The position numbers were made by a program, and so were the translations under genes. 64,000 bases of DNA, from NCBI GenBank assembly GCA_977016875.1, contig CDRNST010000213.1, positions 992,001 to 1,056,000 of the forward strand, in the 5' to 3' direction. Within the stretch, counting starts at the first letter, position 1, and every line of letters starts with the position of its first letter. Of the stretch, positions 1 through 11,600 are shown one piece after another. The DNA is from Pavona decussata. Taxonomy: Eukaryota. The notes beneath the pieces were generated by a model. It saw only the letters and a program-made list of their open reading frames with translations, was not told the DNA's origin and searched no databases.

Positions 1-189
1 GTTCAAAGTTTAACAAAACCAATAAACAATAATCAAATGGTGTATCAAATGTCAAAATTACGACAACAAACTTAAAAATTTCTCACAAAAACGTAACAAA
101 TCCAATTTCAGCTAAGATTTGTCTAGGACTCCTCTTCTTTTCAGTCATGTCCAATGTAGATAAACTGATACGGCCTGACAAAACAGCCT

Positions 190-530
190 CACGATCCGTA
201 CGGTTTAAAAGAACGTAAAGGCAATTTTCGGTCCGTATACGGTCGGGAAATTACCTCTCATAACTGGGGAATTGAATGAGTGATAACGTGTCACCTGAGC
301 GAGAGGGTGAAACGGTTATACGGTTTTGACGATCCGTACAGTTTGTACAAATCGGAAAGGCACTTTTCGGTCGGTATATGGACGGAAAATTGCATCTCAT
401 TAAAAAGACTTGAATATTTCCACGTCTTATATGTCGAGCGAGAGGTTTATACGGTTTGTCGATCCGTACGGTTTGTACAAATCATGAAGGCAGCTTGCTG
501 TCCGTATACGGACGGAAAATTGTATCTCAT
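190..530. repeat. Degenerate ~135-bp tandem repeat, 3 copies
   Basis: The block gatccgtacggttt...cggtccgtatacggacggaaaatt recurs near 193, 331 and 461. Confidence 0.6.
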
Positions 531-1171
531 CTGTTTTAAAAATTGAAAGAGGCTTCCTGGTCTTTTAGATAAGAGAATATGCTCCCTCTCTTTGTTGGGT
601 CTCTAAGGCCACGAATATTGAGCGACAAACATTTGCAATTTTTCATGCTCGATCTGATTCCTAAATATACATAAACTGCAGCAATAAAAATTCCGAATTA
701 CGAAAACTGACTTAAGAAAAACAAACAGACAAACAAAAATACTCAATTCTAATTAGGAGCGTTTCTTTGCGTCCTTGTAACAAGACCTTCTCTCCAGAAA
801 ACTCAAAGATAATTTAACTAAGATCATTTAATTCTTCAGCTGAACTCGCTCCGTTTATAAATTAAATTTAACCTTGTTATTTACAAATTTAACGATTAGT
901 TGAGTATTACGAGCATTTAGTTCCTTGTTGTCTCCTTGCTTCAAAACTACTTCCTCGGTGCTGTTATAAAAACTCTCAGGAAGTCATTGAATTTCAAGCA
1001 ATTTTTTCCTCGTATATTGTTCTAAGTCATCCAATTATTCGCATGGGCGTTTCGTGACATCAAGTTCTTTTTTGAGTGCTAAATTTCAGTCATGGAAGCT
1101 TCAAGTGTACATTTTATCTTCTCCAAATCCCGTTTCTGCGGTCGAAGAAAAATTGCGCTCAATATCGCAAT

Positions 1172-2306
1172 TTATTAAATTCTCAGCCTCGGATATTGCA
1201 TTTCTAGCGTTCTGATTGGTTCACTAAATCTCGGTTATCAGCTCATATACCGGAGTTTGACCTTATATGGAAAACGAAAGCCCCAGGTGTCGCTTAGCTA
1301 ATTTTTTTTTTTCGGTGGGAAGCAAGTTTCTTCGGAAAAATGTACAGAAAAAAAGGAAAAGAAAGAAATACCAAACAATGCCATCTCAATATAACGACAA
1401 TAAAAGCCACAAAGTTCGGTATAACACTATTTAATGGTACGTATCTCTGAAGTTTCCTTTAAAATCTTCAAAATTGCAAGATTTTACGATTTTTAGATCA
1501 CATAACAACAACAATAACAACCGGTTACCTTCAAAAATTTCAGGATGGCTTGCAAATCCTGACGGTAAGATTTGAAGAAATTTCTCAGGAAGAGCTTCAT
1601 GCCTGCCTTTATGTTTTTACAAATTTACGAGGACTTCAGATGGTTTATCTATGAAATCCGTACGAGCGGTGGCCATAATGTTCGTTTCCGTCGCTCGGCA
1701 CCACTCAGCAAAACATTTGCACTAATGTGCACAGCTCTTACGCTTCTCAAATAAGCTTGAAGTTTAAAAACTTGCACTGAATGCTTGTCTCAGTAAGGTT
1801 GTACCTCGTACACTTGGACTTTCCTGAAGTGTTTTAAATCGTCCGCGAGGAATTCAGTTCAGCATGAAAAAAGCCGTCCTTGCCCTGATCTCTTCCTTCG
1901 CCCGGCACCACACAACAGAACATTTGCTCAAATGTGCACAACTATTACGCTTCTCGATGAGCTGGAACTTCAAAAACACTTGAATACTAGTCTCAGAAAG
2001 GTTATAATTCGTACAGTTTTCTTGAATTTTAGATGTCCGACTGTGTCCGATTTTCTTCGCTTTCGATTTTTCATTCAACTCCGTTTGCAAAGCGCTGCGC
2101 GTGTCATGTGATCATTAGGTTTCGCGCGCTTTGGTCGGAGGTTGCCTCAACATCCGGTCGTTTAAATTTGAAAGAAATTCTTTCTTAAAGTATAAAAATG
2201 CAGTAAGCTTCAACAGCAATGTCCAAACGCGGAGAATTTAATAAAACAATTATTCCATTCGCGCTTGTTGGATATGAGATTGGTTATAGCCAACTCGGCG
2301 CTTCGA

Positions 2307-2359
<53 letters not shown>

Positions 2360-2363
2360 TTAA
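1172..2363 (+). mobile_element. Non-autonomous Crypton-like element, family A copy 1
   Basis: Similar copy at the non-paralogous site 34755-37791. 3' terminal long hairpin (aacaattattcca...tggaataattgtt). Decayed coding remnants (KATKFGITLFNG; EEISQEEL.ACL; SMKSVRA) resemble the N-terminus of Crypton/DUF3504-type recombinases. Confidence 0.6.
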
Positions 2364-2513
2364 ATATCTTTTTCCAATATCCCGTAACCCGGTAACTTTT
2401 TCTCAAATATCTACAACATTTTACCTCAGGTTTGCTGATGAGTGTTATGTGGACCATGATTGTAGAGAATTTGTTAATGTGCATTGCGAAGCATGATCTG
2501 TAACTGCAAGAAT

Positions 2514-2912
2514 TTTTATTTTTCTTGATTTTGATTTATTAGCACATTTGAAAAGTGGTTTTTGTCATCTGGATGTAACATTTGGATTCCACGGTATAAA
2601 TTTCTGTAACGATCACAAGTCTGTAGTTGTTCTTCGGTCTTCTAATGAAATGAAAACGTTTAGATGGCAAAATACCATAACGACCGCAATACCATGAAAA
2701 AATGCCATGTCAGTTTATTTTTCTTGATTTTGATTTATTAGTACATTTAAAAAGTGCTTTTTGTCAACTGGACATAACATTTGGATTCCGCGGTATAAAT
2801 TTCTGCAACGATCACAAGTCTGTAGTTGTTCTTCGGTCTTTTAATGGAATGAAAACGTCAAGATGGCAAAATATCATAACGACCGCAATACCACGAAAAA
2901 AATGCTATGTCA
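2514..2912. repeat. 200-bp tandem duplication, 2 copies
   Basis: tttatttttcttgattttgatttattag...aaaaaatgc(c/t)atgtca starts at about 2514 and 2714. Confidence 0.85.
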
Positions 2913-4140
2913 TGTTTCTTTCCTATTTCAGTCGTTACTGAGAATAATGTTACTATCACTCGCTTTCATAGTCACTTCCTCAAAGATAATTAGGTCCTAT
3001 CTAGTCTTTTAAATTACACTTAAGTAAATGCATCTTAAATCATTTTGTCTGCGGCCTGTGAGACAACCGTCTTAAGCGGCGTATAGGGTGAATCGCAAAA
3101 TTGCCAGCGGAGTGAGCCGAGTGCGGTTTGGTGGCGAAAAGAGACGATGGCGGGAAAGGAAAGGGGGAGGGGGGGGGGGGGGTATTGGTGCTCATGGGAA
3201 CAACATCAGCTAGTTCTTCAATTTAATCATATCCTTTTTAATGATCGCTGACAAACTCCAAGTTCTTTTCATCCTTTGTGATTAGTTTTCAATTTCGGAA
3301 TCAAGCATTTTTGGCTCATTTAAATGTGGGAATTTTTTAGCAGGTTGGCAGTTCGTTCTTTTGAATTAAACACTACTCATATTTGAGATGCATTATTGAA
3401 CGACAAAACAGAAATTTAATTTGGTTTTGGCCTGTAGCTATTCTTGTTTCAGCACAAAAATACCGTTAACTTTCATTCTGCTGTGTGTTGCTCATTTCGT
3501 CTAGTTTTAGAGAAACCTTTTTCTTCTTGCACCAATCTTTAGAGGAAAAAAACAAACAAAGCCAGTTAAATACCGTTTCATCAATTTATGAACAATTCAG
3601 TCAATTCACGAAATCCACCACTGACCTTCAAACACCTCCCGGCCCATTATCTGTTTCCCTTTGTATTCTTGGAGTGCGATTCCGTAATAATTTTGTCCAA
3701 CTCGGCCTGTTACAATTTTTCAAGTTTTTCATCTTCTTCGTTGTATGTAATTCAAAAAGTAGGTACGGTCCCCCATTGGCGGTTCACAAAATTGGAAAAA
3801 ACAAAACGACTAAACGACGACTGAGCTAATTAAAACAACTCTCAAATTTGCAATGTAAGCTATTATATGACTACTCCTTAGAAGCTTTTCCGTAAACGAA
3901 ATAGTCTCGAAATCCCGAAAGCGAGGAAACAAGACTTCTCTTACTTCTGCAATCTTCGGGGATAAACCGAGAAAATCTTCGACTAAAACAAGAATGACAG
4001 CACAGAACAACTTGAGCTTTAAATTGAAGCCAACAAAATTAGGATAACATCAGGAATTTGGTAGCCCCGAAGAAGACAACCGATAAGCCCTTCGCATAGT
4101 TGGTTAAGTAGCCTCATTTGCATACATTTCGGTGTTAATC

Positions 4141-5310
4141 GTCTCGGTTTTAATCGTTCCTCCATACAATGGTTCTCCTCCTATCTAATTGGCCGCTCCC
4201 AAAGCATCAGTGTTAATGGCACTATCTCCGAGCCTATGTCAATTCAGTTTGGGGTCCCTCAGGGTAGCGTCCTAGGCCCACTATTATTTATTATGTTTAT
4301 TAATGATCTTCCACTTGTTGTAAAAGTATGCAGTGTAGAACTCTACGCCGATGACACGCTTATTTTTTTCGCTGGTAAATCCGTTAGAAAAATTGAGTCT
4401 CAACTTTCATCTGACCTAGATAGTCTAATAAGTTGGTTCCGTTCCAACTTCTTGATGCTTAATGTTTCTAAAACTAAAATAATGCTAATAGGCACCCACC
4501 AGCGGCTTAACACAGTTGACAGTTTCTCGGTCACGGCAGGCAACACCATTTTAGAAAGGGTGGGTACTTTTAAATACCTTGGTGTCCTTATGTATCAAAC
4601 GTTGTCTTGGAAAGAGCATATCAGCTCTATGGGGAGAACGATCTCTTCTAGATTAGCCATATTGCGCCACACTCAAAAGGTATTACCAAAATCTTCATGT
4701 CTTACATTATTTAACACGATGGTGCTGCCCTTGTTCGACTATTGCGCGGTCGTCTGGGATAGCCGGGGCCTGGAAAGTAAATCATACTTAGATAAGCTTT
4801 ATCGCCGTGCTGCATGTATAATCGAGGGTCGTTCTGTTGGGTCTGACGAACTGCTCACCTTATTCAGTTGGCCCAATCTGCAAGCACGCCGAGACTACCT
4901 TAAATGTGTCCTCGTCTATAAATGTATCCACGGAATGGCGCCTGCACACCTGCTGACGGAATTTAGGCATGCTCACCAAATCCACGCCTATTACACCAGG
5001 CATCGTGACCAGTTACGACTGCCCCTAGCTAAAACAACCAAGTACCAGGGAAGCTTCAGGGTTAATGGTGCGCGTGCTTACAATTCTTTGCCGCGTAATA
5101 TTAGATCAGCAACTGATTTTAATATGTTCAAATCCCTGGCGAAACGCCACTTCAAACGCTTCTGTACGGAATCCCATTAATAATATTGCGTCTTTATGTA
5201 TTTTATTAGTGTGCTATTTTGTATTGATTTTCTGTCATTTGTTTATTTCCTATTTAACCAGGACTCTGTTTAAACTAGCTATGCTAAACCAGATTTCCTG
5301 TATAAATAAA
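4141..5310 (+). mobile_element. 5'-truncated CR1/L2-type LINE (RT C-terminal half and 3' UTR)
   Basis: ORF 4236-5180 contains GVPQGSVLGPLLF, YADDT and KYLGV motifs. The frame extends upstream (WFSSYLIGRSQ) and the element ends in aataaa repeats. Confidence 0.9.
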
Positions 5311-5312
5311 TA

Positions 5313-5715
5313 CACTCTGTTTTTTCTATAAGAACGTTGAGGCCGGAGATTAACCAAAATTTTAAGAACGTATTAAGAGCGTTCCTCAGGCTGAGACTCG
5401 ATTAAGAACGTTTTTATTTTGCTAATCTGTATATAAAATCAAGGTAACAAATGTAAATTAGCCGAAATACTTAAGGGCGTGTTTTGTATAACATTAACAT
5501 TGGTTACACACATCTCGGTTTGTCATAATCAGCGGTTCTTGATACCGTATCTCAACACGTCCGCATTGATTTACTGAAATACATGTAGTGTATACCATGT
5601 AATCAGTTTAAGAACATCTTAAGAACGTTTTCAGCCTCAAATCGCAAAAAAAAAAAATATAAGAAAGTTAAGCCTCAGCTCCAAAATTAGACGTTCTTAT
5701 CAAAAAAACAGAGTG
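5313..5715. mobile_element. Tc1/mariner-type MITE in the LINE tail
   Basis: TIRs cactctgtttttttctataagaacgt / acgttcttatcaaaaaaacagagtg, flanked by TA at 5311-5312 and 5716-5717. Confidence 0.8.
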
Positions 5716-5717
5716 TA

Positions 5718-6670
5718 ATAGAACTGAACATGTATTACTTCAAAACGAGGCGTCACGCAATCCACGTACTGAAACATACCGAACACCCTCCCCTCAATTA
5801 ATTGTCTATCAGCTAAGAAAAATTCATTCTTATTGTCCTTAATTTCTTGTGAAAGAATGTATCTGATTTGGGCGTTGGCAATCTCTCTGGTCCTTCTGCC
5901 TGGTCCTGCTCTTGACACAATCACTTACGCTTCTGGATCTGACTTCCAGTCACGTTCTTCTCCTTCAATTTCCAGGTGACATTCAAGTTGTAGAGGGCGC
6001 TCCACGTGCACAGCGCATTTGTTCTCTTGTTTCAACTTCAATCCTCGTGCCTTCCTATCCTTTCCGGAAACGTTTTCCATGTCTTGCACAAGCTTCCACA
6101 GTGCCCGATCTTTCGCTTCATCTTTCAGCATCACAACAACTCCTGTTTTTGATACATTCCACTCTACTCTTACCTCTTCAAATGACTTTTCCGTATCCAA
6201 CATTACGTTACTTCACAGCGTTACTTGAACTCTCAAATGTCTTGTCAGTTTATTTCTCAAATCTTCTCTTGGACCAACAATAAGTCCCCTCTTATGTCGC
6301 TATTTAGTGTATCCGCGATCTCTTTGACGAAGTAGGTCGCCTTTTTCAACTCCTTAGTGTAATTCTACTCGGCAATCTCCACCACGTTTACGATGTTTTG
6401 AGTTTCCCTTCGACCACCGATTGTCGTTTTCCTTCGGTCTCTCCCAAATCTCTCTAAGCCTCATATTCGTTAGGATCTAGTCCTGGCTGAATCGTCACTT
6501 TTGGACTTGGAAAAGTTCCTCCTTTGTCCAAGAACACAAATTAACACGCGAAAAAATTCCCACAAAGCTCTTTCATGTAACAACGCGCTTCAGTTTCCCG
6601 CATGCATGTGTTACTTCAAAACGAGGCGACACGCAATCCATGTAACAAAACACTCCAAAGAATGCACAAA
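5718..6670 (-). mobile_element. Internally deleted BEL/Pao LTR retrotransposon remnant
   Basis: ORF 5925-6203 (KTGVVVMLKDE..RALWKL...GKDRKARG..ERPLQLEC.LEI) fits the BEL/Pao integrase C-terminal DUF5641 pattern. A polypurine tract GAGGGGAGGG is followed by TG at about 5790 on the minus strand. LTR-like direct repeats lie near 5730-5770 and 6605-6645. Confidence 0.65.
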
Positions 6671-7063
6671 AGTGCTCACAAGATATTTCCTTGATCAAGA
6701 AACTACGACGATAAAATGATGTGGCAAAGGAAAACATTAACGCCAAGATCCTACAATCAGTATTGTAGGTCGTTAGAATTCAATGACCCGCAAGCTATTC
6801 GTCGCTCTAGTATAGTGGTTTTCTTCTTTGCAAAAGGACCAATTGAAAGAGGTCAAGACAGGACTAAGTAAAGGGTGACTGCGACTGCTTAATAGAGGTT
6901 ACCGCCTAACAGAGCTCAAAATTGCGCAGTAGTTTTGAAAAGTAACTTTCGGAACTGACGACTGACCGCTTTAAAGTGGGTGATAAGATGGGTAAGAGTT
7001 TTTTTTCTTTTCTTGTTTGAAATTGAACGCGAAAAATTCCAACCTAAAAAGGTTGGTCCCAAT

Positions 7064-7876
7064 CACAGGTCACCAAAGCGTATGTGACACAGATTACCAT
7101 GCAAGCGTGATTTAAGAGTTTGTATGGAGTTAAAATTAAATCGAAATTTAGACAACAATTTTCCCTAAAAACCCACAAAAAATATACTTAAGTCTGAAAA
7201 AGCTTACCCGGTGTGTTTTGCTGTGTTTTCAATGCTCTTCAGTGCTTCCAAACGCTGTTTTGAGCGGTTTGTTACGTGCCAAAGGCTTTCCGTGGATTTC
7301 CCCGGCTGGACACATTTTAGAACTCGTGCCTAGGTTTGACCGTGAGTTTGTTCCAACATTCCAGGGACACGGCTCGGTCGGCGGCAAAAATGGCACCCGA
7401 TTTGAAATGAACTTTGTTTTCAAAGAAGGCCTGTGTCTCAATAAATGAACTCCTCCGTAAATGAGCTACCCAGGAGGGACGGCACATCATCCTTCTTGCC
7501 ATATGGTGAGGCAGGTAAGCGAGAGCTGAAGTTTCAAGCAAATTTTAGCGCGGTTTTCGAAGTGCTCTCCTTAAATGACGGGCCAAATTTCATTGAAATT
7601 CGACTTGTAGTTTCCTACCTTGCCATTAACATAATACATTGATGTACGTGGACCAGCTGCTGAGAGATAAACCGCTCAAAACAGCGTTTGGAAGCACTTA
7701 AGAACATTGAAAACACAGCAAAACACACCGGGTAAGCTTTTTCAAACATTAGCATATTTTTTGTGGGGTTTTTAGGGAAAATTGTTGTCTAAATTTCGAT
7801 TTAATTTTAACTCCATACAAACTCTTAAATCACGCTTGCATGGTAACCTGTGTCACATACGCTTTGGTGACCTGTG
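7064..7876. mobile_element. Foldback MITE with ~205-bp TIRs and 8-bp TSD (hAT- or P-like)
   Basis: Termini cacaggtcacc...ggtgacctgtg. TSD gtcccaat at 7056-7063 and 7877-7884. The empty site (ttggtcccaataaaac) is present in unit 2 near 25845. Confidence 0.92.
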
Positions 7877-8682
7877 GTCCCAATAAAACCAAAAATAGAA
7901 CACGTCCTTAAGGTGTCGAGCGACTGGTTTGGAAACGGAGGTAAAACGATAGCTGACTTTAATAGATGATTTGGGTAACGTTGTTTTGTCCGCGTTGTCG
8001 AAGTTATAAGGATGAAAAAAAAAACTGAGGAATCTACCACTTTTAGGGTCATTTTGGAGTGATTTAAAAGTTCTTTTAAACAATGTTTTTGTTTGCATAG
8101 ACTGGGTGGCTGATACACTTTAAATGCGGGTTAATTAAATTCTTTCACTCTTTGGATGGATTTGACGGTTTACAGTCAGTATCAATAGCAAAGACCTATC
8201 TACTAATATGTACTGCAAATCTACAGATTCTCATAGTTAGTTTGTATACTCATCTTTGATCCGTCATAGAAGAAAACTTTATCCCGTGTTTTTAATTTCT
8301 GAGACCTTCTAACGGTTATGGTTCTCGTTTACTCAGTGAAGACTATTGAAATATAAAAAAATGAACGCGCTAGTGATTTTTTGGTTTATTAATCAATTTA
8401 TTTCAACATGGATATTCTAATTCTTCCTGTCTACAAGGGCCAATACCGCGTTCAGAAAATTGATCGACGTCATTGTTTTCGGAATTTCACTGTCCGTGAT
8501 CCTTCATTTCCCTTTCTGCAAAATTTCTCATTTATATTTTTCCTCGTTCGTCTTTCCTGGCGGTTTTCAATACCATCCTGTCATTAGCTCGGGATTGCCA
8601 CGGTAAATCACGCCAACATAATTAAGACTGAATCAAAAAAGACAGCTTTGGCTTTGGTTGGAGTTCCATAATCCAAGGTGCC

Positions 8683-11600
8683 ATGGAAGTTTATAACAAG
8701 CGACGTTTGATGTTCTTCTCCATCGCACAGATCGTGCTTTCAGTCATATTTTTTATACTTGGTATGGTGGACGGATTCGAAATTCGCTTTGGATATGTGA
8801 GTCTGTTGTTCACGCCATGCTGGATAGCAGCTCTGGTAAGTGGATTGATAAAAAAAAACCCATGAAGTCTGGTCCTATCTCTTTCCTTAGTGACGATATT
8901 CAACTGTGTCTCTTAATACGTGTATGGAATCCAAAAATGCGAAGTCATGCACATGAAGGATGTCTTCAAGTTTCATTGCGGAATAACAGTTTATTCAACA
9001 TCTTTTTAAGATCTCAAATATTTATTGACTCAGTAGAACAATTGATTCATACGAACTTGGTCACGGCGCCCGTTCGCGATAGCTGGAGCTGAATTTTACC
9101 ATGCATGTGAATTTCTCAGTTGCAGATAGTAAGGTCTAATTGATATGCATGAACTTTTTCCGGATGGTAAGCTTTTTTACAGATCATGCCATGCATCGCG
9201 CTTTACATGAAAGATGGGCTTTCCGGAAGTACCATTAATTTGATACCTATTCATGATTTGAAATATTTATTCACTAGAATGATTGTTTCATGTGATCTAG
9301 GTACATTAGCGATAGAGCTGAATTTACCAAATATGCGAATTCCTTATACTTCGTCAGTTGGTGAGGTGAAATTGATATGCATGAACGTTTTCCGCGTACA
9401 TTGTGTATTTTAATGAGAAAGATGACGCAAATTTCAGGGTTCGAGAAACAAAACATCCTAGATGTGACACGACTAAGGCAGTGAGAGGGCCAATAACTAA
9501 ATTCAACCAATCAAATCGCTCTTTTGCCGGTCCAATATTTTCTAAGTATTGGACCGAGTGATTCTGCGTTATGTCCCGCCGTCATCTTGAGATGCCTTCA
9601 GTTTTAAAATATAAAATTTAAAGTTTTTAAAAACCGTGTCGACCTCCGTCAGCAGTTCAGGTAACTCGTCAAGCTCAAACGCTCATGACAGGGCCTGTTA
9701 AAAGTGTTAAGGCGGGGGTAAGCCTGAAAGCCGTTTTCACGCCGCTTAAAATCGGGTTTAATGGAAATATCACGTTCGCATTTCAAGCAGCACAAAAACT
9801 TTCTGCTCGTAACACAAATAAATATTTTCGGGTGTTTTGTAAATTTTTTGGTGATTTTAGTTATAACTGGGAGGAGATAGTTCTTCTTAAAAGAGTAGTA
9901 AATTTTGTAGAAATAAGAAATATTTAAGATTTGATGTAGTTTAAAAATTAGAATTTGATATATGGACATCCAAATAGTCCCCTATCAACCTGGTGTGCTC
10001 TTGCGTCGGGGGCAACTGTCTGTTGATAGATTTTTTACTAAAAATATACAGTGGAACCCCGCCTTACGGCCACCTCGTTTTTACGGCAACTTTTTTTTGG
10101 CCGCTCGGCAAAATGACCATACAATTTCTCTCGCCGAAACACTGTGTATTCCTTGTTTGGTCAGGATTGTACTGGGAGAATATCGGCCCTCGATCTTTTT
10201 TGTACGGAACGAAAGTACCGTCAAGTCCTCGGGCCGATATTCTCCCAGTACGGCCCTCTTGCTTGCAGTTGTTATAATCATTGGTTTTCAACCGGCTTCA
10301 TTTCGGTGGATATCTCTTCAGGCTGAACCTTTATCGCCTCAGAAATTTGATTAAGTCGAAAGAAATTCAGAAAATCTGCAGTTTTTATCAACAAAATTCG
10401 TAACACTGCAAAGCTCTTGTCGCAAAAGTTTCACTCAAGGCCGCCGCACACGTGAGGAAAGGGCTGAGCAAAATGCCTCTCGAGGCAGTTGTGAGTCACT
10501 TAAAGTGAGTTGCAGGGTGAGACAAGAAATGCTTAAGTCCTCTGGGATATATAACATAGACAATATATTTTTTTTTAAGGCGAACATTTTAACCTAGACG
10601 GATGTTATGCATACTTTCTGGTTCATCCATGTTAGAGTCCTAACATCACTGTATGCTTGAGTGCTCTGGGATATTTAACATACATAATATAATTTTTTTA
10701 GGCGAACATTATAAACCTAGGCGGATATTATATATCTTTAATGGTTCATTCAGGTTGAAGTCCTAGCATCACTGTATGCTTGAGTGCTCTGGGACATATA
10801 ACATAAACAAAATAATTTTTTAGGCGAACATTACAAACCTAGGCGGATGTTATGCATCCTTTCTGGCTCATCCATGCTAGAGTTCTAGCATCACTGTATG
10901 CTTGAGTGCTCTGGGATATATAACATAAACAATATAACTTTTTTAGGCGAACATTATAAACCTAGGCGGATGTTATATATCCTTTCTGGTTCATCCAGGT
11001 TTAAGTCATAGCATCACTGTATGCTTGAGTGTTCTGGGGATATATAACATAAACAATATAATTTATCTTTTAAGAGGCACATTGTAAACCTAGGCGGATG
11101 TTATTATCTTTTCTGGTTCAGAGATTAAACTGATGAAAAAAGTTGTTCCAAGGAAAGATTAAGGAAAAAGTTGGGACTCTTTAAACAAAGTAATTTTATA
11201 TAAATTCGCTACAAAGCTTGTTTGAGCCATAAAAAACTCCACATTCTAACAGCTTATGACTCTCCCACTTTGGAATCCCGTTTTCGGAAATTGAGACAGT
11301 TCGTTTTTCCGGTGTGTATAAAATAACGCCCAGACAGTCTAAAGTATTTAAATAGTATATTTTGTTTGTATAAGGTTATGGTACGTGTAACGATTTATTG
11401 GGACGATTTACACTGAGTTAATTTACACGTAATTTTATAGGACTGATTTGGCTTGATATGATTTAATCACGAAAGTTAGCGAGTTGACGAAAAGGACTCC
11501 TTAAATCGACCCGACTGATAAAAATGGCCAACAGTCTATCGCAGTGCAACAGACTTTATAAATGGGGCTGATTTTCGCCCTTTTGCAGTCCATTAAAAAG

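Noticed and set aside
10531-11120. Possible CRISPR array
   Set aside because: Whole 123-bp units repeat with no unique spacers, the context is eukaryotic and there are no cas genes.
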